Assembly: GCA_041490825.1 (NCBI GenBank)
Contig: JBGPTW010000002.1
Location: forward strand, 28,445 to 92,444
Direction of reading: 5' to 3'
Source: Candidatus Methylomirabilia bacterium
Lineage (GTDB): Bacteria; Methylomirabilota; Methylomirabilia; Rokubacteriales; CSP1-6
DNA: 64,000 nucleotides
The notes under the pieces are model-generated. The model was not told the DNA's origin and did not search any database. It saw nothing but the letters and a program-made list of their open reading frames with translations. The position numbers and the translations under genes are program-made. Positions within the stretch are counted from its first letter, which is position 1, and every line of letters begins with the position of its first letter. Positions 31,752 to 40,608 of this stretch are shown piece by piece.

Positions 31752-32237
31752 ATGGGGAACACGACGATGACGGTCAAAGAGGTGATGACGCGGCATCCGA
31801 TCACGATCGATCCGGATGCTCCGCTCGGCACGGTGACGGCAGTGATGATGGAGCGGGGAGTGCGCCATCTCCCCGTCGTCGACAGTCAGGGCCGACTCAT
31901 GGGAATGATCAGCGACCGCGATGCCCGCAGCGCTGTCGTGGCTCCCGCGATGGCCGAGTACCTGTCCGCCGCTGGCCGTCGGCGTCTTCGGAGCGTGAGC
32001 GAGACCCTCGAGAATCTTCGAGTGAAGGACGTGATGACCTGGGATGCGGTCACGATCGGCCCGGACGCGCCGGTGGCGCAGGCGGCCGCAATCATGTTCG
32101 AGGGCAGGTTCGGAAGCTTGCCCGTCGTCGAGCGCGACGTGCTGGTCGGCATCGTCACCGAGCGCGACGTCCTCAAGGCGCTCGCCGCGACGCTCCCCGC
32201 CGTGCGCGGTCTCGATCCAGACACGTTCCTTTGGTGA
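31752..32237 (+). CDS. CBS-pair domain protein
   Basis: Two CBS motifs: VMTRHPITIDPDAPLGTVTAVMMERGVRHLPVVD / VMTWDAVTIGPDAPVAQAAAIMFEGRFGSLPVVE. Confidence 0.85.
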   Translation: MGNTTMTVKEVMTRHPITIDPDAPLGTVTAVMMERGVRHLPVVDSQGRLMGMISDRDARSAVVAPAMAEYLSAAGRRRLRSVSETLENLRVKDVMTWDAVTIGPDAPVAQAAAIMFEGRFGSLPVVERDVLVGIVTERDVLKALAATLPAVRGLDPDTFLW

Positions 32238-32257
32238 ACCCGCAGGAGGGCACGCGA

Positions 32258-32818
32258 ATGAGACATCCGAAGCGATCCATCACGCGCGAGATGAGAACAC
32301 GCCGGCCGCTTCATCCCGGCCGCGAGCGCGATGAGCTCGAGGCGTTGACCTGGCCTGCGTCGGTGGTGGTTCGCGATCGGATGAACCGGTCGGTGGTCTC
32401 GATCCACGCCGACGCGCTCGCCAGAGGGGCCTCCGAGATGATGCGGACGCGAAGGATCCGCCACCTGCCCGTGGTCGATCACGGCGGCCGCCTGGTCGGG
32501 ATCGTGACCGATCGCGACCTGCGTCAGGTGATCTTCGACCCCGCGATCCAGCAGCGGGTCGGCAGCCTGAGCGAGGCGCTCAAGACCGTGACGGTGGCAG
32601 ACATCATGACCCGTGGCGTGATCACGGTGCGTCCTGGCACGGGCATCCGCGACGCCGCGCGTCTCATGCGCGAGCAGCGGATCGGCGCGCTCCCGGTCGT
32701 CGAAGGTGACAAGGTCGTCGGAATTCTCACCGAGGCCGACGTGCTGAAGACGTTCCAGGAAGTCATCGACGAGGCGAGCCTCGCAAAGCCCTATCGCTGG
32801 GCGCTGGCGTATCGATGA
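32258..32818 (+). CDS. CBS-pair domain protein
   Basis: IRHLPVVDHGGRLVGIVTDRDL... and IMTRGVITVRPGTGIRDAARLMREQRIGALPVVEGDKVVGILTEADV. Confidence 0.85.
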   Translation: MRHPKRSITREMRTRRPLHPGRERDELEALTWPASVVVRDRMNRSVVSIHADALARGASEMMRTRRIRHLPVVDHGGRLVGIVTDRDLRQVIFDPAIQQRVGSLSEALKTVTVADIMTRGVITVRPGTGIRDAARLMREQRIGALPVVEGDKVVGILTEADVLKTFQEVIDEASLAKPYRWALAYR

Positions 32819-33414
32819 GCCGGAGCCAGACGACGAAGCCACGAACGTCGCCTCGGGCACGCCAGCCGCTGGCGGTATGGTTCGAGCCAGCTCCGGTGCG
32901 GCAGTGGATGCGGCGGCCAGTCGTCACGGTCGAGGCCGATGCGCTCGTCCCGAACGCGGTCGCGATGATGAAGGCACACCAGGTTCGGCATCTGCCGGTG
33001 CTCGACGGCGGTCGGCTCGTCGGCATCGTGACCGACCGTGACCTGAGGCAGCTCGTGTTCGACCCGGCCATCCGGGCCCGGCTCGATCAGACGTCCTATC
33101 TTCTCAGCGCCCTTTCGGTGCGCGAGGTGATGACGTGGGGCGTCGTCACCGTGAGACCCGACACCGATATGCGCGAGGCGGTGCGGGTGATGCGCGAGCA
33201 GAAGCTCGGAGCGCTGCCCGTGGTGAGCGGCGGCAAGCTGGTGGGCATCCTGACCGAGCGTGACGCTCTGAAAGCTCTCGAAGCGCTGCTTCGCACGAAA
33301 GTCAGTCGTGTGCAGCCGTTGCCGGCGAGCCAGATGAGCGCGGAAGCGTACGATCACGGGTTCCTCGTCCCGGCTCGCGACGGATCATGGAGCAACGAGG
33401 GCCCCGGCAATTGA
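32815..33414 (+). CDS. CBS-pair domain protein
   Basis: VRHLPVLDGGRLVGIVTDRDLRQLVF and VMTWGVVTVRPDTDMREAVRVMREQKLGALPVVSGGKLVGILTERD; 4-nt overlap with previous CBS gene. Confidence 0.85.
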   Translation: MSRSQTTKPRTSPRARQPLAVWFEPAPVRQWMRRPVVTVEADALVPNAVAMMKAHQVRHLPVLDGGRLVGIVTDRDLRQLVFDPAIRARLDQTSYLLSALSVREVMTWGVVTVRPDTDMREAVRVMREQKLGALPVVSGGKLVGILTERDALKALEALLRTKVSRVQPLPASQMSAEAYDHGFLVPARDGSWSNEGPGN

Positions 33415-33431
33415 CCAGGCAGGAGGATCCG

Positions 33432-33635
33432 ATGACTGAACGAAACGGGCCGCCTCGACAGAGTCGATCACCGAAAGCCGGACGTCCGCCCGAAGAAGGC
33501 GTGGCACCCCCGAGAGTTCGGCGCCGTCAGAAGACGGCGCATACGGCGTTCCGGAAGGACACCATGATCTCCCAGGCGTCCCAAGGACCGCGCGTCATGT
33601 GGGGCGTGACGAAGCCGAAGGTCAAGAAGGGATAG
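33432..33635 (+). CDS. Possible 67-aa highly basic small protein
   Basis: AGGAGGA SD 5 nt upstream of ATG; MTERNGPPRQSRSPKAGRPPEEGVAPPRVRRRQKTAHTAFRKDTMISQASQGPRVMWGVTKPKVKKG; no domain recognised. Confidence 0.3.
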   Translation: MTERNGPPRQSRSPKAGRPPEEGVAPPRVRRRQKTAHTAFRKDTMISQASQGPRVMWGVTKPKVKKG

Positions 33636-36399
33636 CCTGGTCGAGGCGACGGGCGATCACGTCGCGCACGTGATCCCGGAGCCTCACCATCTCCCTCCAG
33701 CCGTCGTTCCCGGGAACGAGCGGGCCGCCGATCGTCACCCGGATCGCGCCCCGGCGCGGCAGCCAGGTGTCCGCGGGCAGGACGTCGCGCGTCCCGCGGA
33801 TCGCGACCGGGATCACCGCGCAGTGCGTGTCGACGGCGGCCTTGAACGCGCCGAGCTTGAACGGCAGAAGCCGCGGCGTTCGCAGGAACGTGCCCTCCGG
33901 AAAGAAGAAGAGCGAGCCACCGCGTCGCAGCAGCGCGCTCACCCGCTCGGCGTCGGCCACGCTTCGCGAGAGGTCGACGCGATCGACGGTGACGTGGCCC
34001 ATTCGTCTGATCATGGTGCCCACGATCGGCGTGGCCAGGAGCTCCTTCTTCGCGACGAACCGGAAGTCGGCCGGGATCGCCGCGAGCAGCGCGACGGCGT
34101 CGAGATAGCTCGAATGGTTGGCCGCATAGACCACTGCGCCCCCGCGCGGGATATTCTCCAGGCCTTGGACGTCGAGCCGGCAGCCGATCAGTCTGAGCAC
34201 GAGCCGACACCACAGCTTCACGGCCCGGCCCACCGCGCGACCGCCGGGCAACAGGGCGACGGCAGCGTAGAGGGGCGGCACCGTCGTGATCAACACGATG
34301 CCGGCCCGAGCCGCGAATGCCAGCCGGCCGGCGCTGCGAACGGTTTCGCGAACGCGTGCGCCCAGGTTTTCGAGCGCTAGCCGGAGCCGCTGCGTCCGGA
34401 TGGATCGACGGCGTGCCAGCCTACCCTCTACGTAGGCGTCGCGGGTCGCCGATCGCCGGATCTTGCCGCTGGACGTCTTCAGCACCGAGCCGGGCCGCGC
34501 GATGACGACCGTGTCGGGCGGAATCCCGACGGTTGTGACGACCCGATCGACGACCGACGCGCGAAGGCGCTCTCGGGCGTCGGGCCTCGTCTGCCGGCTT
34601 TCGGCCACGACGACGAGCCGCTCGGTTCCGATCGCGGGATCCGAGATCCCGAAGGCCGCCACGCACCCCTTCCGGATGCCGGGGACGTCGCCCACGATCT
34701 CCTCGATCTCTTGAGGATGAATGTTCCGGCCGCCCTTGATGATCACGTCCTTCTGGCGCCCGGTCACGTACAGCTCCCCGTCGGCCGCGTACCCCAGATC
34801 TCCGGAGTCCATCCAGCCGTTTCGCTGAACCGCGCGCGTGGCCTCCGGATTGCGGAAGTACCCGTGCGTCACCGATGGCCCGCGGAACAGGACATGGCCC
34901 TCGACGCGCTCACCCACCGTGTGGCCCGCGCCGGCCACGATGCGGACTTCGTGATCGGGGAGCGGACGGCCGCACGAGACGACCTGCAACGCGTTCGGAT
35001 CATCGGCGCGTGCCGGATCCGCCGTGCGGGTACGCTCGAAGCCCTGTCGCGCGATCCGGTCGACGCGCGGGCCGCGCCCGGGCGGTGTCATCGTCAGACC
35101 GACCGAGGACTCGGCGAGGCCGTACACGGGACACATCGCCGCGAGCGTGAATCCGTACCGCGCGAAGCGGCGCGTGAAGCGCTCGATCGTCTCCTCGCTG
35201 ACGGGCTCGGAGCCGTTGAGCGCGAGACGCCAGGCGCTGAGATCCAGGCCCTCGAGCTCGTCGTCGGTGATGCGCTTGACGCACAGGTCGAACGCGAAGT
35301 TCGGCGCGGGCGACAGCGTGCCGCGATGCGTGTGCAGCGCCCAGAGCCAGCGGGCGGGTCGGGCGAGGAAGGCCAGCGGCGACATGATGACGGTGGGCAC
35401 GCCGTGGTAGAGGGCCCCGAGCCACGCGCCGATCAGTCCCATGTCGTGATAGAGCGGCAACCAGCTCACGCACACGTCGTCCGGGCGCAGCTCGATCGCC
35501 TGCCCGAGCGCGCGGATGTTGGCGAGGATGTTCGCGTGCGTGAGCACGACGCCTTTCGGCTCTCCCGTGCTTCCCGACGTGTACTGGATGAGCGCGGGTG
35601 CGTCGGGAACAAGCCGAGGTGACGGTACCCAGCGCCCGCCGCCGGTCAGCTGATCCACGGCGATCACTTCCCGGAGCGAGCGGACCCGGCTCCGGAGCAG
35701 GCCCGCGATGCGCTCGGCCTCGCCAAAGGTCACGAGGCACCGGGTTGCCGCGTTGCTCAGGATTCCGGTCTGGCGCGCCGCGTATTCTTCGAGCCGGTCC
35801 GCGCGAAATGGTGGATAGATGGGAACCGGAATTCCACCGGCGACCAGGATTCCGAAAAACACCGAGAAGAACGCCTCCTCGGTCCTGAGCATGATGGCCA
35901 CGGACTCGCCGTCGTCGACGCCGCGCTCCCGCAAGGCACCGCCGATCCGCTCGGCCTCGCTCCAGAGCCTCGCGTAGCTGATCGGGCGCTCGAGCCCGGT
36001 CTCCGTTCTGAGGACGATGTGAGTTCGTTCGGGATCGGCCTCGGCGTGCCAGCGGAGAACCTCGGTGAGCGTCCGGGCCGAGGCGGGGGGAGCGGCGCCG
36101 CCTGGCAGCACCGGAACGACGGGAAGCGTCGCTTCCACGATACCGGGCTTGCTCGCGAGAACGGCGGTGACGAGGTCGCGAACCGTGTCGGCCTCGACCA
36201 TGACGTCGTCGCCGACGTGAACCCCGAACGCCTTCTCCAGACGAAGGAGCAGCTCCACCCGCTCGAGGCTGCCGATCGCCAGATCGCGGTCGAGCGAGTC
36301 CTCCAGGCTGACGGGACTCTCGGGCAGAGCGGTTCTGAGCTCCGCCACGAGCCCCGTGACGATCGCGAGGACTTCTCGCTCGACCGCCTGCGCGTCCAT
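33622..36399 (-). CDS. Tri-domain acyl carrier domain - fatty acyl-AMP ligase - lysophospholipid acyltransferase (Aas-like acyl-ACP synthetase/LPLAT fusion)
   Basis: N-terminal carrier domain with phosphopantetheine site (DLAIGSLERVELL); AMP-binding YTSGSTGEPKGV and A8/A10 motifs; C-terminal PlsC motifs NHSSYLDAVALL and FFPEGT. Start at internal ATG 36399, as the upstream 243 aa of the ORF is Arg-rich junk. Confidence 0.85.
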   Translation of the reverse strand: MDAQAVEREVLAIVTGLVAELRTALPESPVSLEDSLDRDLAIGSLERVELLLRLEKAFGVHVGDDVMVEADTVRDLVTAVLASKPGIVEATLPVVPVLPGGAAPPASARTLTEVLRWHAEADPERTHIVLRTETGLERPISYARLWSEAERIGGALRERGVDDGESVAIMLRTEEAFFSVFFGILVAGGIPVPIYPPFRADRLEEYAARQTGILSNAATRCLVTFGEAERIAGLLRSRVRSLREVIAVDQLTGGGRWVPSPRLVPDAPALIQYTSGSTGEPKGVVLTHANILANIRALGQAIELRPDDVCVSWLPLYHDMGLIGAWLGALYHGVPTVIMSPLAFLARPARWLWALHTHRGTLSPAPNFAFDLCVKRITDDELEGLDLSAWRLALNGSEPVSEETIERFTRRFARYGFTLAAMCPVYGLAESSVGLTMTPPGRGPRVDRIARQGFERTRTADPARADDPNALQVVSCGRPLPDHEVRIVAGAGHTVGERVEGHVLFRGPSVTHGYFRNPEATRAVQRNGWMDSGDLGYAADGELYVTGRQKDVIIKGGRNIHPQEIEEIVGDVPGIRKGCVAAFGISDPAIGTERLVVVAESRQTRPDARERLRASVVDRVVTTVGIPPDTVVIARPGSVLKTSSGKIRRSATRDAYVEGRLARRRSIRTQRLRLALENLGARVRETVRSAGRLAFAARAGIVLITTVPPLYAAVALLPGGRAVGRAVKLWCRLVLRLIGCRLDVQGLENIPRGGAVVYAANHSSYLDAVALLAAIPADFRFVAKKELLATPIVGTMIRRMGHVTVDRVDLSRSVADAERVSALLRRGGSLFFFPEGTFLRTPRLLPFKLGAFKAAVDTHCAVIPVAIRGTRDVLPADTWLPRRGAIRVTIGGPLVPGNDGWREMVRLRDHVRDVIARRLDQAIPS

Positions 36400-36446
36400 C
36401 GCGCTCGCTGCGGAGGCAGCGGGTGCCGTCTCTGCCGAGCGCCCGC

Positions 36447-36878
36447 TCAGGCCATCCTCGCCGGACGGTCGAGCTCGCGTGACAGGGCCGAGGCCACGAG
36501 CCCCATCTCCTGACCGAAGAGCATCAGCAGGTCGTCGAGCGCGATGATCCCGGTGAGCTTGCCCTTCTTGTCGACCACGGGCAGCCGTCTCACGCCGTTG
36601 GTGCCGAGCATCTTCGTGACGTCGAAGATCCCCTGATCCTCGCGGATCACGGCCGGGCGCGCGTGCATGACGTCGGCCACTGGCACCGTCGCCGGATCGA
36701 GGCCCTCGGCGACGACGGCGATCGCGATGTCGCGGTCGGTCAGGATGCCCTTCGGCTTCTCGCCGTTGACGACGACGAGGGCGCCGACGTTCTTCTGGCG
36801 CATCAACCGCGCTGCGTCGAGGACGGTCGCCGTCGGGGCGATGGTCACCACGGGCTTGATGCAGACTTCTCCGAGCAT
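36447..36878 (-). CDS. CBS-pair domain protein
   Basis: MLGEVCIKPVVTIAPTATVLDAARLMRQKNVGALVVV... and VMHARPAVIREDQGIFDVTKMLGTNGVRRLPVVDKKGKLTGIIALDD; GGAGGTG SD. Confidence 0.8.
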   Translation of the reverse strand: MLGEVCIKPVVTIAPTATVLDAARLMRQKNVGALVVVNGEKPKGILTDRDIAIAVVAEGLDPATVPVADVMHARPAVIREDQGIFDVTKMLGTNGVRRLPVVDKKGKLTGIIALDDLLMLFGQEMGLVASALSRELDRPARMA

Positions 36879-37113
36879 GGGAACACCTCCTTGGGTGTCT
36901 GGTAATTCTTCCGAGAAGAAGCAAGATGAGGGCCGACACGCCGACACGTAACTGTGCGAATCCGCGATCGTTCGGCCCGGCAAATCCGCGGAGGACTGTG
37001 GAGTGCCCGCCCCACGTGAGGCGCGCCGTCAACGACGAGTCTCGCGAACTCGTTGAATTCTCAGACTCGCAGTTCGGCATCCCAGATGCACGAGCGATCG
37101 GTGCACGTTGAGA

Positions 37114-37131
37114 CCAGTGCATTTTCACTGG
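37114..37131. promoter_or_regulatory. Inverted repeat CCAGTG-cattt-t-CACTGG in the divergent CBS / dksA-groEL promoter region
   Basis: Perfect 6-bp arms with 6-bp AT-rich spacer about 70 bp upstream of the dksA-like gene; not a CIRCE element. Confidence 0.25.
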
Positions 37132-37198
37132 GAACCCGGGGAAGCGCTCGATGGCGCGAGTCGCGACCGCCGCGCTTCAGAACGACGAGGATGAATAT

Positions 37199-37561
37199 AT
37201 GGGGAGCAGAGGCGGCCTGAAGCCGGACGTGCTCGGCGAATTCCGGAAGAAGCTGAAGCGCGAGCGTGGACGGTTACTGCGGACGGTCGCACGGACCGAC
37301 GAGGAGCTCGCCACGCTCGAGGCGCACCAGCCAGGCGCGGCCGCGGAGGACGCTGCGACGCAGCTCGCAACGGCGATCCTGTCCCGGCTGGAGGGCCAGG
37401 AGCGGCACGAGCTCGACGAGATCGACGCTGCCCGGGCGCGACTGGAGACCGGCACGTTCGGCACATGTGAGAAGTGCAATCGACCGATCCCGCTCCGGCG
37501 TCTCCGGGCGGTGCCGATCGCCCGCTACTGTCTGTCCTGCCAGCTCGAGGAAGCGGAATAG
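37199..37561 (+). CDS. DksA/TraR-family C4 zinc-finger protein
   Basis: ...EIDAARARLETGTFGTCEKCNRPIPLRRLRAVPIARYCLSCQ: CxxC-17-CxxC; precedes groEL by 12 nt. Confidence 0.75.
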   Translation: MGSRGGLKPDVLGEFRKKLKRERGRLLRTVARTDEELATLEAHQPGAAAEDAATQLATAILSRLEGQERHELDEIDAARARLETGTFGTCEKCNRPIPLRRLRAVPIARYCLSCQLEEAE

Positions 37562-37573
37562 GAGGAAGCTGCG

Positions 37574-39193
37574 ATGGCGCACAAACAAGTGTTGTTTGGA
37601 TCCGAGGCGCGCGAAAGGATTCTCCGCGGCGTCAATGCCCTTGCGGAAGTCGTGCGCGTCACGCTCGGTCCGAAGTCGAAATGCGTGCTGATCGAGAAGA
37701 AGTTCGGCGCGCCGGTCGTCTGCAACGATGGCGTCACCATCGCCAAGGAGCTGAGCCTCGCCGATCCGGCGGAGAACATGGGCGCCAAGATGATCCGTCA
37801 AGCGGCGGAGCGGACCGGCGAGGCCGTCGGCGACGGCACCTCGACGGCGACGGTGCTCGCGCAGGCCATCTTCACCGACGGTGTCCGCAACGTGGTCGCC
37901 GGCGCCAGCGCCATCGATCTCAAGCGAGGGCTCGACCGGGGCGCCAGCGTCGTCGTCGGCGCGCTCCGGGGGCAGTCACGTCCGGTGAAGAGCCGGCTCG
38001 AAAAGGCGCAGGTCGCCGCGATCTCGGCCCACAACAACACGACGATCGGCGATCTGGTCGCCGACGCGATGGAGAAGGTCGGCGACGAGGGCGTCATCAC
38101 GGTGGAGGAGTCGAAGACGACCGAGACCCAGCTCGAGGTCGTGGAAGGTCTCCAGTTCGATCGGGGCTACGTGTCGCCGTACTTCGTGACGGACGCCGAG
38201 AAGATGCAGGCGGTGCTCACCGACGTGCGCATCGTCCTGAGCGACCGGAAGATCAGCGTGATGAAGGATCTGCTTCCCCTGCTCGAGCAGGCCGCGCGGG
38301 CCGCGCAGCCGATGCTCTTCATCGCCGACGACATCGAGGGCGAGGCGCTCGCCACGCTCGTGGTCAACAAGCTGCGCGGCACCCTTCAGTGCGTGGCGGT
38401 CAAGGCGCCGGGGTTCGGCGACCGCCGCCGCGACATGCTGGAGGACATCGCGGTGCTGACCGGAGGCCAGGTGGTCACCGAGGCGCTGGGGCTCAAGTTC
38501 GAGAACCTGCAGCTCACCGAGCTCGGACGGGCCAGCCGGATCGTGGTCGACCGCGACACCGCGACGATCATCGGCGGCGCCGGAGACAAGAAGGCGATCG
38601 AGGGCAGGAAGCAGCAGCTCCGCCAGCAGATCGAAACATCGACCAGCGACTACGACCGCGAGAAGCTGGAGGAGCGTCTGGCGAAGCTGTCGGGCGGCGT
38701 CGCGGTGATCCGCGTCGGCGCGCCGTCAGAGGCGGAGATGAAGAGCAAGAAGGAAGCGCTGGACGATGCGATCGCCGCCACCAAGGCCGCGGTGGCCGAG
38801 GGCATCGTACCGGGCGGCGGGCTCGCCCTGCTCAGAGCCATCGACGCGGTCGAGAAAGAGGAGGCGAAGTCCGAGGGCGACGAGCGCACGGGTCTCCAGA
38901 TCCTTCGCCGGGCGCTCGAGGCCCCGACGCGCCAGATCGCCGAGAATTCTGCCGTCGACGGCGGCGTCGTCGTGGACCGGATGCGCAAGGGCACCGGCAG
39001 CTACGGCTTCGACGCTGCCCGCAAGGAATGGACCGATCTCGTCGAGGCCGGCATCATCGATCCCACGAAGGTGGTCCGCGTCGCCCTCGAGAACGCGGTG
39101 TCGGCGGCCAGCCTGCTCCTCCTGACGGAGGCGACGCTGACCGATATCCGCGAGAAGTCGAAGAGGGAGGAGGCGGAGAACCTCTCCGACTAG
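37574..39193 (+). CDS. groL: Chaperonin GroEL (Cpn60) paralog, no adjacent groES, atypical C-terminal tail
   Basis: VLFGSEARERILRGVNALAEVVRVTLGPKSKCVLIEKKFGAPVVCNDGVTIAKE...AVGDGTSTATVLAQAI...: full-length Cpn60; ends ...REKSKREEAENLSD instead of GGM repeats; AGGAGGAAG SD. Confidence 0.95.
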   Translation: MAHKQVLFGSEARERILRGVNALAEVVRVTLGPKSKCVLIEKKFGAPVVCNDGVTIAKELSLADPAENMGAKMIRQAAERTGEAVGDGTSTATVLAQAIFTDGVRNVVAGASAIDLKRGLDRGASVVVGALRGQSRPVKSRLEKAQVAAISAHNNTTIGDLVADAMEKVGDEGVITVEESKTTETQLEVVEGLQFDRGYVSPYFVTDAEKMQAVLTDVRIVLSDRKISVMKDLLPLLEQAARAAQPMLFIADDIEGEALATLVVNKLRGTLQCVAVKAPGFGDRRRDMLEDIAVLTGGQVVTEALGLKFENLQLTELGRASRIVVDRDTATIIGGAGDKKAIEGRKQQLRQQIETSTSDYDREKLEERLAKLSGGVAVIRVGAPSEAEMKSKKEALDDAIAATKAAVAEGIVPGGGLALLRAIDAVEKEEAKSEGDERTGLQILRRALEAPTRQIAENSAVDGGVVVDRMRKGTGSYGFDAARKEWTDLVEAGIIDPTKVVRVALENAVSAASLLLLTEATLTDIREKSKREEAENLSD

Positions 39194-39208
39194 CCGCGGT
39201 GTGATGCG

Positions 39209-39661
39209 ATGACCCGATCTCGTCCGATCCTCCATGCGGCGGACTTCTCCGCGGCGTCGCGCCCGGCGTTCGCACTGGCCGTCAAGTGGGCGAAGCGGAC
39301 CCGGGCGCCGCTGCTGCTGATGCATGTCACCGCGCCGCCACTGGTGTTGCTCGAGCACGATGGCGCGTTGGCGGAGAGTTTGGCGCTCTCCACGCTGCGC
39401 GACGCGCACTCGAGGCTCGACCGGCTGGTCACCACGGCCAGGAGGGCCGGCGTGAGGGCCTCGACGATCGTGCAGAGCGGCGTGCCCGTCGAGCAGATCG
39501 TCCGCGCAGCTCGCGGGAGCCGGGCTGGCGTGGTGATCATCGGCACCCACGGTCGCACCGGGTGGCCGCGGATCGTGCTGGGAAGCGTCGCCGCTCGTGT
39601 CATTACCCTCGCGCCGTGCCCAGTCGTGACCGTTCGCGCGGGGCCACGCCGGGGTCGCTGA
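39209..39661 (+). CDS. Universal stress protein (UspA family)
   Basis: ILHAADFS...LLLMHV...IIGTHGRTGWPRIVLGSVAARVITLAPCPVVTV. Confidence 0.85.
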   Translation: MTRSRPILHAADFSAASRPAFALAVKWAKRTRAPLLLMHVTAPPLVLLEHDGALAESLALSTLRDAHSRLDRLVTTARRAGVRASTIVQSGVPVEQIVRAARGSRAGVVIIGTHGRTGWPRIVLGSVAARVITLAPCPVVTVRAGPRRGR

Positions 39662-40608
39662 TGGTGCAGCACGAGCTCGCCGAGCAGCGGGACGGACAGA
39701 TGCCGGTCACGGCAGCGCCGGCGAGCGATCGCGCGTTCCCCCGCACCATCGACGCGCTTCTCCCTCCGGACATGGCCCGGCGTGCCGAAGAGCTCGGCAT
39801 CGCGAAGGCGGCGATGCCCGCCGCCAGATTGCTGACGCTCGCGGTGCTCGCAGGCGCATTCATCGCGCTCGGTGGAGTGTTCTCGACGGTGGCCATCGCC
39901 GGCACCAGCGGCGCCCCGTGGGGACCCGTTCGCGTGCTGGCCGGTGTCGTCTTCAGCCTCGGGCTGGTTCTGGTGATCGTCGGAGGCGCCGAGCTCTTCA
40001 CCGGAAACAATCTGATCGTGATGGCATGGGCCGCTCACCGGATCGGGACCGGCGCCGTGTTGCGGAACTGGGCGATCGTCTTCGCGGGAAACTTCGTCGG
40101 GGCGCTCTCGGTCGCCGGCCTTGTCTTCGTCGCGCGGACGCACGAGCTCGGGAGCGGCGCCTTCGGCGTTGCCGCGTTCGTGATCGCCTCGGCCAAGCTC
40201 AGTCTGAGGTTCTCGCAAGCGGTCGCGCTCGGCGTGCTCTGCAATGTGCTCGTCTGCCTCGCCGTGTGGCTGACGTTCAGCGCCCGCAGCACGACGGACC
40301 GCATTCTGGCCATCGTCCCGCCGATCGCGGCGTTCGGTGCCGCCGGGTTCGAGCACTCGATCGCGAACATGTATTTCGTCCCGCTCGCGTGGCTCATTGC
40401 CACGTTCGATCCCGGCTTCCTTGCCACGCGAGGATTGAGCGGCCAGGCCGAGCATCTCGGTTGGGCCGCCTTTCTCCGTGACAACCTGCTGCCGGTCACT
40501 CTGGGCAACGTGATCGGCGGCGCCGTGCTGGTCGGTGTCGTGTACTGGTTCGCGTACCTGTGGACGGGCGCCGGGGAGTCGGCGGCCGAGCGGGGAGACC
40601 GTTCGTGA
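39661..40608 (+). CDS. Formate/nitrite transporter (FNT) family channel
   Basis: Six TM segments, [37 protein letters not shown] signatures; TGATG overlap with usp. Confidence 0.85.
   Translation: MVQHELAEQRDGQMPVTAAPASDRAFPRTIDALLPPDMARRAEELGIAKAAMPAARLLTLAVLAGAFIALGGVFSTVAIAGTSGAPWGPVRVLAGVVFSLGLVLVIVGGAELFTGNNLIVMAWAAHRIGTGAVLRNWAIVFAGNFVGALSVAGLVFVARTHELGSGAFGVAAFVIASAKLSLRFSQAVALGVLCNVLVCLAVWLTFSARSTTDRILAIVPPIAAFGAAGFEHSIANMYFVPLAWLIATFDPGFLATRGLSGQAEHLGWAAFLRDNLLPVTLGNVIGGAVLVGVVYWFAYLWTGAGESAAERGDRS

Noticed and set aside
37000-37200. CIRCE (TTAGCACTC-N9-GAGTGCTAA) element upstream of the dksA-groEL unit
   Set aside because: Not present. Only a CCAGTG-N6-CACTGG dyad with different arms and spacing.
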